Translations under genes and position numbers: made by a program | Assembly: GCF_031769215.1 (NCBI RefSeq) | Contig: NW_026781919.1 | Span: 1,116,001-1,180,000, forward strand | Source of the DNA: Ylistrum balloti | Taxonomy: Eukaryota | Direction of reading: 5' to 3' | DNA length: 64,000 bases | Shown: one piece after another, positions 13,981 through 27,745 of the stretch | How the letters are laid out: each line of letters begins with the position of its first letter | How positions within the stretch are numbered: position 1 is the stretch's first letter | The notes under the pieces: model-generated | The model's input: only the letters and a program-made list of their open reading frames with translations | Databases searched by the model: none | Told to the model about the DNA's origin: nothing

Positions 13981-15200
13981 ACTTAGTCAGTTAGTGTGAT
14001 CTTTGACTATGTCAGCTAGTTTGGACATTGACTAAGTCAGTTAGTGTGATCATTGACTAAGTCAGTTAGTGTGATCTTTGACTAAGTCAGTTAGTGTGGT
14101 CATGGACTCAGTCAGTTAGTGTGATCATTGACTAAGTCAGTTAGTGTGATCTTTGACTAAGTCAGTTAGTGTGGTCATGGACTCAGTCAGTTAGTGTGAT
14201 CATGGACTAAGTCAGTTAGTGTGATCATGGACTAAGTCAGTTAGTGTGATCATTGACTAAGTCAGTTAGTGTGATCTTTGACTAAGTCAGTTAGTGTGAT
14301 CATTGACTAAGTTAGTGTGATCATTGACTAAGTCAGTTAGTGTGGACATGGACTAAGTCAGTTAGTGTGATCATTGACTAAGTCAGTTAGTGTGATCATT
14401 GACTAAGTCAGTGTGGACATAGACTAAGTCAGTTAGTGTGATCATGGACTAAGTCAGTGTGATCATGGACTAAGTCAGTTAGTGTGATCATTGACTAAGT
14501 CAGTTAGTGTGGACATGGACTAAGTCAGTGAGTGTGATCATTGACTAAGTTAGTGTGATCATTGACTGAGTCAGTTAGTGTGGACATAGACTAAGTCAGT
14601 GTGATCATGGACTAAGTCAGTTAGTGTGATCATGGACTAAGTCAGTTAGTGTGGACATGGACTAAGTCAGTGAGTGTGATCATTGACTAAGTTAGTGTGA
14701 TCATTGACTGAGTCAGTTAGTGTGATCATTGACTAAGTCAGTTAGTGTGGACATGGACTAAGTCAGTTAGTGCGATCATTGACTAAGTCAGTTAGTGTGA
14801 TCATTGACTAAGTCAGTAAGTGTGGACATGGACTAAGTCAGTGAGTGTGATCATTGACTAAGTTAGTGCGATCATTGACTAAGTCAGTTAGTGTGGACAT
14901 GGACTAAGTCAGTGAGTGTGATCATTGACTAAGTTAGTGTGATCATTGACTGAGTCAGTTAGTGTGGACATAGACTAAGTCAGTGTGATCATGGACTAAG
15001 TCAGTTAGTGTGATCATGGGCTAAGTCAGTTAGTGTGGACATAGACTAAGTCAGCTAGTGTGGTCATGGACTTAGTCAGTTAGTGTGGACATTGTCTAAG
15101 TCAGCTAGTGTGATCATGGACTAAGTCAGTTAGTGTGGACATAGACTAAGTCAGCTAGTGTGGTCATGGACTAAGTCAGTGCAGTCATGGATTAAACCAG
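13981..15200. repeat. 25-bp minisatellite, about 48 copies
   Basis: Unit GTCAGTTAGTGTGATCATTGACTAA. Unit junctions create the interrupted palindrome TGACT-A-AGTCA. Confidence 0.95.
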
Positions 15201-17196
15201 TCTTTGTGGTAAATTTGGTTGCAAGTAGTCAGGGTGGTGAAGAATCTATTAAGATATTGTCAAGGTATTTGTTGACAAAAAAACCCGGATGTATTGTCAC
15301 TATTGATCGTGATAATCTAGTTTAAACAAAGATTGAAAACATCATTATAGTAACCATTATTGTTACAAACTTTGTTAAGTTCTAGTTAACATGGAATATT
15401 TTCACACATTCTTTAAAGTTTGTTTAAATATGTTCATTGACAATATCTGCACTAACGCAGATAAATAGATGACTTCAGAACAAGGACATTTGGCACAAAA
15501 CGTCGAGGAAGTTTCCGTTCGTAAAGCTCAATTCGCTTGATAAGTCAATATTTATAGAATCTCGCACGGAAATTATCATGAATATTTCGTTACGACAGAA
15601 GAGCGTTACACATCACGTTTCTAAAATGTGACACCCATCTGTCTGCAAGTGTATAGAAATAATTAAACAAGATCATATTTCGTTTAGTACAATTTTGTTT
15701 GTAATTTATTCATTAATATAATGTTACTTCAGACAACTATGTGAAGTATACAATGATTATATCTTCAGGTTGGACTCATGACCAAGATAGTCATTCAAGA
15801 TGTAGAAACACAAATTCTTTAGAAAACATTCATAAAAAATATATCATGAAATGAAAACATTGCATAATTAACTATAACGATGACAAGCAGAAAAATATCG
15901 ATTTTTTCTTAATTCCTAAAAGTCGACCATTACACTCTCAAAATTCAGTTAAGTGTATTTAAAAGCATTAAAAATAGAAATTTGTATTTAAAAGAAATGA
16001 AGGCCTCAAATTCTATTGTGTTCATTAAAATATGAACGCATATATGCGGTTCATATAATACTGTAATTAATCCATATTTGGAAGAACTAGTTAATTTTGG
16101 CTAAATCAATGTACATGCATTATATTTATATATATATGTATACAATTATAGTGAAAGTATAGATGATTTCTGTCCTTCGACAAACAAGTGATAGACTCTT
16201 GTTCCACTAAAAGTACCTTTACGAAGAAGAGTTCTGCAAACAAATTACTTCCGGTCCACACTTTTTTTTCGGTCGTTTAAAATTTCACGTATAATCCACG
16301 GACGAATCATTATCCATTTTATTAATTACTGGTACACAATATCACGTCACACTGAATGGTAACAACTTGCATGATTTTTGCCATTACGTTTCCATAGCAA
16401 CGGACTTTTCGAATTTCCTCAATAGGGTGTATAACTATGCGATCAATATCACTTCAACAGATGTCACAGTGTTGCCGTGAGATACCGCGTGTGTAAACAC
16501 ACACTCTCCAACTTAGTGACGGGACTTTTTTCCCTTCGGCTGATGTTTCAGTTGTAAAATCCACATAAATTTAAACATCTTTGACGGTGTTATAATCGCG
16601 GACATCATGTTTCAGAATCTTTTAGCACTCAACGATTCCATGTTTGTCTGCGTTGTTTCTAATATTGAAATTCGTCTTAAAACTATTCAATGTTTTTCTT
16701 TCCAAAAATAAATCTATTGAAGGCGCATGCTATCTCTCTCAGTCTTACCAGGCACCGTCTTAACAGAACAGATGTCGGCAAAAGGTCACAAGTTCACATG
16801 CATAACAAGGTCATGTTTTTCTCTTGTGAGGCACTTCAGTGAAGAATTGGCTCATCGACATCGTCTGTCGTCCATCATTCTAATCCGAACAGCAATTTGT
16901 TGCCCCAATTTGCAACAAAACAACTTACAAAAAACATTGCAAAACACTAGCAATGTTGTAATTATTTGCAAACCGTGAGAACCTACTAGTTAGAAAGTGC
17001 GACGGGATTTTTTCAAGCGTTGAGATGTTCTGTACCGGGTGTTTTCAAAATTCTAAAAAGTCAGTTTCATTTTATCGATCCGACACAGCACGTCATAATC
17101 AGCAGTAATAAAAGTTACAATTTTACATGTTCTAGTAAACTTTCATAAAATGGATGCATGCATATCGAATAATTAATTGTCAATTACTCTCCTTAC

Positions 17197-17520
17197 TTAT
17201 TCCCTGGCAATAGACTGTGGTGTCATTCCCTGGACCTCTTGAGCTTCCTGTACTAGGGCACATATTCCACAAAAACACCATGTAAGTAAGTCCGACACGG
17301 CCGAGCCTTCAATTCCTTTAGCTTCACGGATTTTCCCACGGATCTTCATCACCGCGTAAAAATTCACTAAAGGCACCATTGATGCTAGCCCGCAAAGGAA
17401 ACACCCTTCTCCAACGGCCTCTGCATTTTTACCAAACTGGTAACAGGGCACAAAATATGATACGAGGCACAAGCCGATGTTGTCGAAACATCCAAAGAGA
17501 CCATGTTGGAATTCAGCCAT
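17197..17520 (-). CDS. PLAC8-family (cornifelin-like) cysteine-rich protein, 107 aa, intronless CDS
   Basis: Full-length PLAC8 pattern: GLFGCFD..GLCLVSYFVPCYQFGKNAE ... IRGKIR...GIEGS..SD....CFC..CALVQE. ATG to TAA with no interruption. Confidence 0.92.
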   Translation of the reverse strand: MAEFQHGLFGCFDNIGLCLVSYFVPCYQFGKNAEAVGEGCFLCGLASMVPLVNFYAVMKIRGKIREAKGIEGSAVSDLLTWCFCGICALVQEAQEVQGMTPQSIARE

Positions 17521-19228
17521 GTTGAGTATTAAATGTGAAGCTGTTTAGCTTAAAGAAATTCGAAGCGTAGTGACAATCTGTCGCTTGTCTGACCGTGTGT
17601 ATATGCCACGCCTTTCTGGAATCGCTGCTGATGCACAGAGCATGCGTACTGACAAACTATTTTATATAGCGTAGGCCTGTATCTTAGGGGGACACGACAG
17701 GGTACAGCTGTATCGGCTGCGATCAGGAAGTATGTTTAACACAACGTCATTGAAAAGATGAAGTATTGAATGTCACTCGTTTTTTTAACATGACACACGA
17801 GAAATTTATCACAAATTCATGATAAAGTTAAGGTTAGTTTAGTACTTTGTCATGATCTGTAAAATTTGTAAAAGATGAAAATTAATACATGTGAAACACA
17901 ACCCTCTAGGCACCTCAATGTGGCGTTGAAGGAATTTGCCCCTCGGGATGTTACATACGACAAGATAGGGCTAGAAGGCATACGCCAATTAGTTTACGAT
18001 ACGTCCCGCTGACCCCGACGGCACATCCACGGATTCAAAACAAAAAGGTTTAGATATATACTTAAAATTAGTATAAGAACTGACAATGCGAATCCAGTGT
18101 AAAACGTCCCTGTGGCTGTTTGCGCTGTCAAACTTTCACCCGATAGCACAAGTTTGAAAACAGCCCATGTGAAATACACACGTGTGACGACCTACATTTG
18201 TAATGGCTAGGCTAGTCGAGTTCAACACATTTACATTACGCGTATACACAACAAAACTTGGCTACGCATCATGTATTTCTGACATTGTACGGTGACGTTA
18301 CCTATCTATAATTATGTTACTACGGAAAACCCCGCCACTAACTACTTTCCTTGTCGTTTTATCTCCACAATCCCTAGGTGTGCTTTCAGTATACTTTTAC
18401 ACCTACGCGATATGATTCTGAAACGTGTTTTCAAGATTGTATACTTTAACGAGTGGAGATATTTGATATTCAAACCACAGGTTTGAAGTGGGCGTCAATG
18501 GCATCCCCTCATCGTAATCATAGTCAGCTTCAAACATGAAAAAATAAAACGCTGCATCAATTTTCATTGCCTAGCGTCCCCCCACCTTTTTCACAATTTC
18601 AATTTCGCTTTTAAAGAATATACAAAACTTAAGTATATATCAAGATATTAGCTTTAAAGCGACGATCGTTTCTTAGAAGTCACTAAATTTATCTTTCAAC
18701 AATGTCCTCCAAACATATATTAATTGATGTGACTGATACAGCCTGCCAAGCCTTCACCCTAGCGTACTCGATGCCTAAAAAATAGTGTGGAAATCTGTCT
18801 TAAATCAAAGAGAGGTTAGATATTCTGATTCTACTCAAACACATTTATTTGAACAAATTGAACACGAGTTTATAAAATACACTTACTCGATGGCGAAGAT
18901 CTGGATTATAAATTATACACAAATGTTATTCTGATTAGAATGATGATAGTATGGTGGGACGTTTCTCTAAATAGGTTACATGACTGTTACACATCATGAA
19001 TCTTTTTATCAACTTTCGTGATGATCTAACTAGGCCTGTTATGATGATTATCTCAGCAAATCCACGGATAAGATATTTACATGACCGAAGTATGAAGTAA
19101 AATAATTGACTAGAAATGAGTTTTAAAATTTGTTTATTGTGTAATATAAATCAAGGACGCCCGGAAGCAAGCCTACCATTAGGTAGATAACACCACTACG
19201 ATCATATCAGTATTAACGTCATTAGCAA

Positions 19229-22200
19229 CGGAGTGGACATATTCTGTTTCCCTTGACACACCTGTACATCGTCCTGTTACAGAGTGGACATATTCTGTTT
19301 CCCTTGACACACCTGTACATCGTCCTATTGCAGAGTGGACCGTATATTCTGTTTCCCTTGACACACCTGTCCATCGTCCTGTTACAGAGTGGACATATTC
19401 TGTTTTCCCTTGACACACCTGTCCATCGTCCTGTTACAGAGTGGACATATTCTGTTTCCCTTGACACACCTGTACATCGTCCTGTTACAGAGTGGACCGT
19501 ATATTCTGTTTCCCTTGACACACCTGTCCATCGTCCTGTTACAGAGTGGACATATTCTGTTTTCCCTTGACACACCTGTCCATCGTCCTGTTACAGAGTG
19601 GACATATTCTGTTTTCCCTTGAAACACCTGTCCATCGTCCTGTTACAAAGTGGACACATTCTGTTTTCCTTTGTGCACCAGGCCATCGTCCTTTTTACAG
19701 AGTGGACATATTCTGTTTCCCTTGACACACCTGTCCATCGTCCTGTTACAGAGTGGACATATTCTGTTTTCCCTTGACACACCTGTCCATCGTCCTGTTA
19801 CAGAGTGGACATATTCTGTTTTCCCTTGACACACCTGTCCATCGTCCTGTTACAGAGTGGACCGTATATTCTGTTTCCCTTGACACACCTGTCCATCGTC
19901 CTGTTACAGAGTGGACATATTCTGTGTTCCCTTGACACACCTGTACATCGTCCTGTAACAGAGTGGACATATTCTGTTTTCCCTTGACACACCTGTCCAT
20001 CGTCCTGTTACAGAGTGGACATATTCTGTTTTCCCTTGACACACCTGTCCATCGTCCTGTTACAGAGTGGACATATTCTGTTTTCCCTTGACACACCTGT
20101 CCATCGTCCTGTTACAGAGTGGATCGTCCTGTTACAGAGTGGACATATTCTGTTTCCCTTGACACACCTGTCCATCGTCCTGTTACAGAGTGGACATATT
20201 CTGTTTCCCTTGACACACCTGTCCGTCGTCCTGTTACAGAGTGGACATATTCTGTTTCCTTGACACACCTGTCCATCGTCCTGACACATATTCTGTTTCC
20301 CTTGACACACCTGTCCATCGACCTGATACAGAGTGGACAGAATATTCAGTTTCCCTTGACACACCTGTCCATCGTCCTGTTACAGAGTTGACATATTCTG
20401 TTTTCCCTAGACACACATGTCCATCGTCCTGTTACAGAGTGGACACATTCTGTTTTCCCTTGACACACCTGTCCATCGTCCTGTTACAGAGTGGACATAT
20501 TCTGTTTCCCTTGACACACCTGTCCATCGTCCTTGACACACCTGTCCATCGTCCTGTTACAAAGTGGACATATTCTGTTTCCCTTGACACACCTGTCCAT
20601 CGTCCTGTTACAGAGTGGACATATTCTGTTTCCCTTGACACACCTGTCCATCGTCCTGTTACAGAGTGGACCGTATATTCCGTTTCCCTTGACACACCTG
20701 TCCATCGTCCTGTAACAGAGTGGACATATTCTGTTTTCCCTTGACACACCTGTCCATCGTCCTGTTACAGACTGGACATATTCTGTTTTCCCTTGAAACA
20801 CCTGTCCATCGTCCTGTTACAGAGTGGACATATTCTGTTTCCCTTGACACACCTGTCCATCGTCCTGTTACAGAGTGGACCGTATATTCTGTTTCCCTTG
20901 ACACACCTGTCCATCGTCCTGTTACAGAGTGGACATATTCTGTGTTCCCTTGACACACCTGTACATCGTCCTGTAACAGAGTGGACATATTCTGTTTTCC
21001 CTTGACACACCTGTCCATCGTCCTGTTACAGAGTGGACATATTGACACACCTGTCCATCGTCCTGTTACAGAGTGGACATATTCTGTTTTCCCTTGACAC
21101 ACCTGTCCATCGTCCTGTTACAGAGTGGACATATTCTGTTTTCCCTTGACACACCTGTCCATCGTCCTGTTACAGAGTGGACATATTCTGTTTCCCTTGA
21201 CACACCTGTCCATCGTCCTGTTACAGAGTGGACATATTCTGTTTTCCTTTGTGCACCTGTCCATCGTCCTGTTACAAAGTGGACACATTCTGTTTTCCTT
21301 TGTGCACCAGGCCATCGTCCTTTTTACAGAGTGGACATATTCTGTTTCCTTGACACACCTGTTTTCCTGTTGTGACATATTCACCTGTCCATCGTCCTGT
21401 TACAGAGTGGACATATTCTGTTTCCCTTGACACACCTGTCCATCGTCCTGTTACAGAGTGGACCGTATATTCTGTTTCCCTTGACACACCTGTCCATCGT
21501 CCTGTTACAGAGTGGACATATTCTGTTTTCCCTTGACACACCTGTCCATCGTCCTGTTACAGAGTGGACATATTCTGTTTTCCCTTGACACACCTGTCCA
21601 TCGTCCTGTTACAGAGTGGACATATTCTGTGTTCCCTTGACACACCTGTCCATCGTCCTGTTACAGAGTGGACATATTCTGTTTCCCTTGACACACCTGT
21701 CCATCGTCCTGTTACAGAGTGGACCGTATATTCTGTTTTCCCTTGACACACCTGTCCATCGTCCTGTTACAGAGTGGACATATTATTTTTTCCCTTGAAA
21801 CACCTGTCCATCGTCCTGTTACAGAGTGGACATATTCTGTTTTCCTTTGTGCACCTGTCCATCGTCCTGTTACAGAGTGGACCGTATATTCTGTTTCCCT
21901 TGACACACCTGTCCATCGTCCTGTTACAGAGTGGACATATTCTGTTTTCCCTTGACACACCTGTCCATCGTCCTGTTACAGAGTGGACATATTCTGTTTT
22001 CCCTTGACACACCTGTCCATCGTCCTGTTACAGAGTGACATATTCTGTTTTGACACACCTTTGATCGTCCTGTTACAGAGTGGACATATTCTGGTTTCCT
22101 TGAGATATCTGCCCGCCGTCCTGTTACAGAGTGGACATATTTTGTTTTCTCTTGAGATACCTGTCTATCGTCCTGTTACAGAGTGGACATATTCTGTTTC

Positions 22201-23747
22201 CCTTGACACACACACCTGTGACACCTGTTTTCCGTCCTGTTACAGAGTGGATCGTCCTGTTACATATTCTGTTTTCCCTTGACACACCTGTCCATCGTCC
22301 TGTTACAGAGTGGACATATTCTGTTTTCCCTTGAAACACCTGTCCATCGTCCTGTTACAGAGTGGACATATTCTGTTTCCCTTGACACACCTGTCCATCG
22401 TCCTGTTACAGAGTGGACATATTCTGTTTTCCCTTGAAACACCTGTCCATCGTCCTGTTACAGAGTGGACATATTCTGTTTCCCTTGACACACCTGTCCA
22501 TCGTCCTGTTACAGAGTGGACATATTCTGTTTCCCTTGACACACCTGTCCATCGTCCTGTTACAGAGTGGACATATTCTGTTTCCCTTGACACACCTGTC
22601 CATCGTCCTGTTACAGAGTGGACATATTCTGTTTCCCTTGACACACCTGTCCATCGTCCTGTTACAGAGTGGACATATTCTGTTTTCCCTTGACACACCT
22701 GTCCATCGTCCTGTTACAGAGTGGACATATTCTGTTTTCCCTTGACACACCTGTCCATCGTCCTGTTACAGAGTGGACATATTCTGTTTCCCTTGACACA
22801 CCTGTCCATCGTCCTGTTACAGAGTGGACCGTATATTCTGTTTCCCTTGACACACCTGTCCATCGTCCTGTTACAGAGTGGACATATTCTGTTTCCCTTG
22901 ACACACCTGTCCATCGTCCTGTTACAGAGTGGACATATTCTGTTTTCCCTTGACACACCTGTACATCGTCCTGTAACAGAGTGGACATATTCTGTTTTCC
23001 CTTGACACACCTGTCCATCGTCCTGTTACAGAGTGGACATATTATTTTTTCCCTTGAAACACCTGTCCATCGTCCTGTTACAAAGTGGACACATTCTGTT
23101 TTCCTTTGTGCACCAGGCCATCGTCCTTTTTACAGAGTGGACATATTCTGTTTTCCTTTGTGCACCTGTCCATCGTCCTGTTACAAAGTGGACATATTCT
23201 GTTTTCCTTTGTGCACCTGTCCATCGTCCTGTTACAGAGTGGACCGTATATTCTGTTTCCCTTGACACACCTGTCCATCGTCCTGTTACAGAGTGGACAT
23301 ATTCTGTTTCCCTTGACACACCTGTCCATCGTCCTGTTACAGAGTGGACATATTCTGTTTTCCTTTGACACACCTGTCCATCGTCCTGTTACAGAGTGGA
23401 CATATTCTGTTTTCCCTTGACACACCTGTCCATCGTCCTGTTACAGAGTGGACATATTCTGTTTTCCCTTGAAACACCTGTCCATCGTCCTGTTACAAAG
23501 TGGACATATTCTGTTTTCCTTTGTGCACCAGGCCATCGTCCTTTTTACAGAGTGGACATATTCTGTTTTCCTTTGTGCATCTCTCCATCGTCCTGTTACA
23601 GAGTGGACATATTCTGTTTCCCTTAACACACCTGTCCGTCGTCCTGTTGCAGAGTGGACATATTCTGTTTTCCTTTGTGCATCTGTCCATCGTCCTGTTA
23701 CAGAGTGGACATATTCTGGTTTCCTTGAGATATCTGCCCGCCGTCCT
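19229..23747. repeat. 51/52/54-bp satellite array, about 4.5 kb (about 87 units)
   Basis: Unit GACACACCTGTCCATCGTCCTGTTACAGAGTGGACATATTCTGTTT(T)CCCTT with 1-nt and 3-nt length variants and recurring diverged units. Source of all ORFs between 19.2 and 23.8 kb. Confidence 0.97.
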
Positions 23748-26729
23748 AACATTCCTGATGGTTCATAGTTAACTTGAGTATGAAGTATAAGAACTTGTTA
23801 CACGATTATTTTTTATCTCCATTGAAAATTTACCAATATAGAAAACAATTTGAAGATAAAAAACGTAATGTGTTGACCAAGATATGCTGGGCGAAATTTT
23901 TTTGATGTGTAGAAAACCCACACTATTCCGGATCGTCTGGTCTTATTCTTCTTGAAATATTTATTGGTCTATTTGTATGTACATTACGTGTCCCTTTCTA
24001 CTAGTTTAATTGATTTCTAATTTGAATTAATATGTTATTAACGTAATTGTTAATAAGAGTTGTATCAAAAGAGAATATTTAACATATAACTTCAAACTCA
24101 ATACTCACATTTCGTCATGAGTTCAAGTATTTTTTGTTCGCATATAAATTGCTAGGAATTAGAAGGAAAAAGAAACTGATGGGATTTGGAAGAGAAGAGA
24201 GTGAAGGAAGAAAATGTTTACAGAATATTACGAAATGATTCATATCTGATTATGCACGATTATGCATTGTTCCATATCTTTCAATCCCCTTTTGATTTTT
24301 TTTCTGTAATTGCTTGTGTTTTTAAATTTCATAAAATCTATGTTCTCCTAAGGGTGAAAGTCACTCACATGACTGACACAGAAGTGCTGAAGGAATACAA
24401 AATTATTCTTAGTAATATAAGTTGCACTTGTACCAAGTGAATGTAAGTCGTGTTATCATTTTATATCGCCTCAGTTTATCTTCGGGTTCATCAACTTGTT
24501 AACTATCAAGGGAGGGGTGTTAGAGCTCCAAGGAGAAGAACAGGTCCAACGTTCACAATCTCCAGGGACTTCTCTGATAACACTGCGATGTCATCTGCAG
24601 TCATGGACGGATATCTCTCCCGTGTCAAATACTGAATCACCTAAAGCCCGTCTACATAAAGACTACCATGGCCAATTAGTAAGACTGACCTGCACGTTAT
24701 CAACTCGGCCATCTGTCGCCCATCACGTGTGGTCACAAGTGAATAAATTCCGGACGTGCTGTTAAGGGGGTGTTATTAGTCTTTAGTGAATTTGATAATG
24801 TTTGTTAGCCTGGACTCATCTTTATCGAACACCCCCGTTAGGATTCACTTGTTTGTTTGTTTTGTTGTGTTTGTCGCCCGCCAACAGCCACGGTCATTTT
24901 AATGGGGTATTCTCGCAGTATTATGAGAGCCATCGCTTCTTCAACTACTCAACATTTCGGATATCCTGGGAGACGAATCCACCCACTGTGGGGGTTACAG
25001 TTCGCCCTCTATCGTCGCCAGAACAATGACGGACGAGACAACGCCTAGAAATAGGAGTCAATTCGATAAAAAAAAAAAAAAATAAAACCTGTAACTAACC
25101 GACCAGGTATCAAAGTGTCTTTCCTTCGTATCACTCGACAGGGACAGAATGTGTTGCAGCAGTCATGCCGATGCTTGTTTTACTGAACAGCAGAAGGGAG
25201 GTCCGTCGCATTCAATTAAAACTAATGCAGTAAAGCTAGGTATCGACCACAAATATAATACAGTTTTCCACATGCGGGGACAAACACTCAATACCGCACA
25301 AGGAAACAGTAAAAAGTCGTATACCAGTGTGGTAAATGCATGTGGTAACAGGTGGTCCTTTATTATTCTATATAACCCGTTTTAGACAGGTAGTGTTTAC
25401 TGTTACTGTTAATTATTAATTATCTATATGTTACCACAGTGATCTATGATACGTAATAAACATATAGATTACATAAATGAATTACAGAGAAATGTATCAG
25501 ACGGGTCAGTCGTCACAGTTAGACGCGGATTACGACCATATATAAGTAAATTACAGAAATATGCCACCATATCTAGCCTTAAACCTCGTTATAGCGAATT
25601 ACTACCAAATAAGGCGATACGGAAATATTACACAAAACTATTATGCTGTTTAGACACCGGGGAATCATTCGTAATACCATCGATATATATATAAAACATT
25701 GTAGTTTCCAGGCGTTTTCAAAAGGAGTAATTTAAACCAGGGATTGATAATGCATGTTCAATAATGAATCACACTTTGATCACAATGTTTTGGATTATTT
25801 TCATTTTATGACACAGACTAAACATTTCACGGTTCATCATTACCTAGATCGCCATAGTGTTGACATAATATATATTTGAAAGTATATTTAGAAAAATCCC
25901 TCAGTTTTTAAAGCTATTTATTGGCTAAATTTTAGCAAAGTATGAAGCCCTTAATTACTATGTAACATATGATATATGTTGTCTTTGTTACGAGAGGATC
26001 ATCATCTGTACATTGTACTTAATGATGAAATGTATAGATAATGATGGACCAATGACATAAAGGTTAAACTTCTGCTTTAACATCCTCAAAATTGAGTAGG
26101 AAATATTTTTTTTATATAATATGCCTTCGATTCTATATTCGTTTTTTTTTTTTTTTTTTTGGTGGGGGGTAAGTCTCTGGTTAATAACACCAGTAGGCAG
26201 GCCATAATGAAATCCTTCCGCAGTTTCGAACACCGGTATGCGTATTAATGATCAAGTTTCCCGTGTCTCTATAACAAACTAGAATTACCGAGAGTCTGAA
26301 CAGCTTGTTCTAGATCATTAACTTTGTAAAATACACGCAAGACACCTCACGTAAAACTTCAGTAACAACACTTAATTAGTTATAAAAACATCTCTAAATA
26401 TGACTAAGATGTAAACCAGTTATGATTAAACTTAGGTCTGTGATATTGTTACATAAAACACCGAGTTTCAGGATTGATTTACTATGTAACTATATCATGT
26501 GACCTGTTGGCATGGTGACCACAAGAGATAACATTGATTCGCATTACCTACTCAACGACCGACCACCACTGGGCCGAGAGCTGACCACTGCTGGGCCGAG
26601 AACTGACCACTGGGGCGTCTATCTTCAACTAGATTGTTAATCTGGTGGTAAGGCCTACAACCAAAGGACCGTAAACGGATGTAACATATCAAAACACAGA
26701 GTACAATCTCAACCTCGGAACGTCTTACC

Positions 26730-27235
26730 TTCTATCATGTATACTGTTCTCTAAATTTGAACCCTGTATGTACTCTGATAGTCTAACCTTTTGTACTGTA
26801 TACTGTTCCCTCTATCTCTAAATTTGAACCCTGTATGTACTCTGATAGTCTTACCTTCTATCCTGTATACTGTTCCCTCTATCTCTAAATTTGAACCCTG
26901 TATGTACTCTGATAGTCTTACCTTCTATCCTGTATACTGTTCCCTAAATCTGAACCCTGTATGTACCCTGATAGTCTAACCTTCTATCCTGTATACTGTT
27001 CCCTCTATCTCTAAATTTGAACCCTGTATGTACCCTGATAGTCTTACCTTCTATCCTGTATACTGTTCCCTAAATCTGAACCCTGTATGTACCCTGATAG
27101 TCTAACCTTCTATCCTGTATACTGTTCCCTCTATCTCTAAATCTGAACCCTGTATGTACTACGATAGTCTAACCATCTATCCTGTATACTGTTCCCTAAG
27201 TCTGAATCCTGTATGTACTACGATAGTCTTACCTT
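26730..27235. repeat. 67/59-bp tandem repeat
   Basis: CTAAATTTGAACCCTGTATGTACTCTGATAGTCTTACCTTCTATCCTGTATACTGTTCCCTCTATCT. Unit starts at 26818, 26885, 26944 give 67- and 59-bp forms. Confidence 0.9.
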
Positions 27236-27239
27236 GTAT

Positions 27240-27745
27240 ACTGAGACGCTATATTTGTCTGTAAGATATATACTTTGCTATAAGACACTATATCTGACTG
27301 TGAGACGCTATACTTGACTGTAAGATATATACTTTGCTATAAGACACTATATCTGACTGTGAGACGCTATACTTGACTGTGAGACGCTATACTTGACTGT
27401 GAGACGGTATACATGACTGTAAGATATATACGTTGCTATAAGACACTATTTCTGACTGTGAGACGCTATACTTGACTGTAAGATATATACTTTGCTATAA
27501 GACACTATTTCTGACTGTGAGACGCTATACTTGACTGTGAGACGCTATACTTGACTGTGAGACGCTATACTTGACTGTGAGACGGTATACTTGACTGTAA
27601 GATATATACTTTGCTATAAGACACTATTTTTGACTGTGAGACGCTATACTTGAATGTGAGACGCTATACTTGACTGTGAGACGGTATACTTGACTGTAAG
27701 ATATATACTTTGCTATAAGACACTATATCTGACTGTTAGACGGTA
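27240..27745. repeat. Composite 20-bp / 39-bp tandem repeat
   Basis: GAGACGCTATACTTGACTGT units interspersed with AAGATATATACTTTGCTATAAGACACTATATCTGACTGT. Confidence 0.9.

Noticed and set aside
16190-16720. Possible Crypton-like non-autonomous elements (also near 13.1-13.7 kb and 52.5-52.9 kb)
   Set aside because: Only a general resemblance; termini could not be defined without a repeat library.
19179-23772. Dozens of overlapping ORFs (ICPLCNRTMDRC..., DTPVHRPVTEW...)
   Set aside because: Translations of the 51/52-bp satellite on both strands. The CxxC-like motif is incidental.
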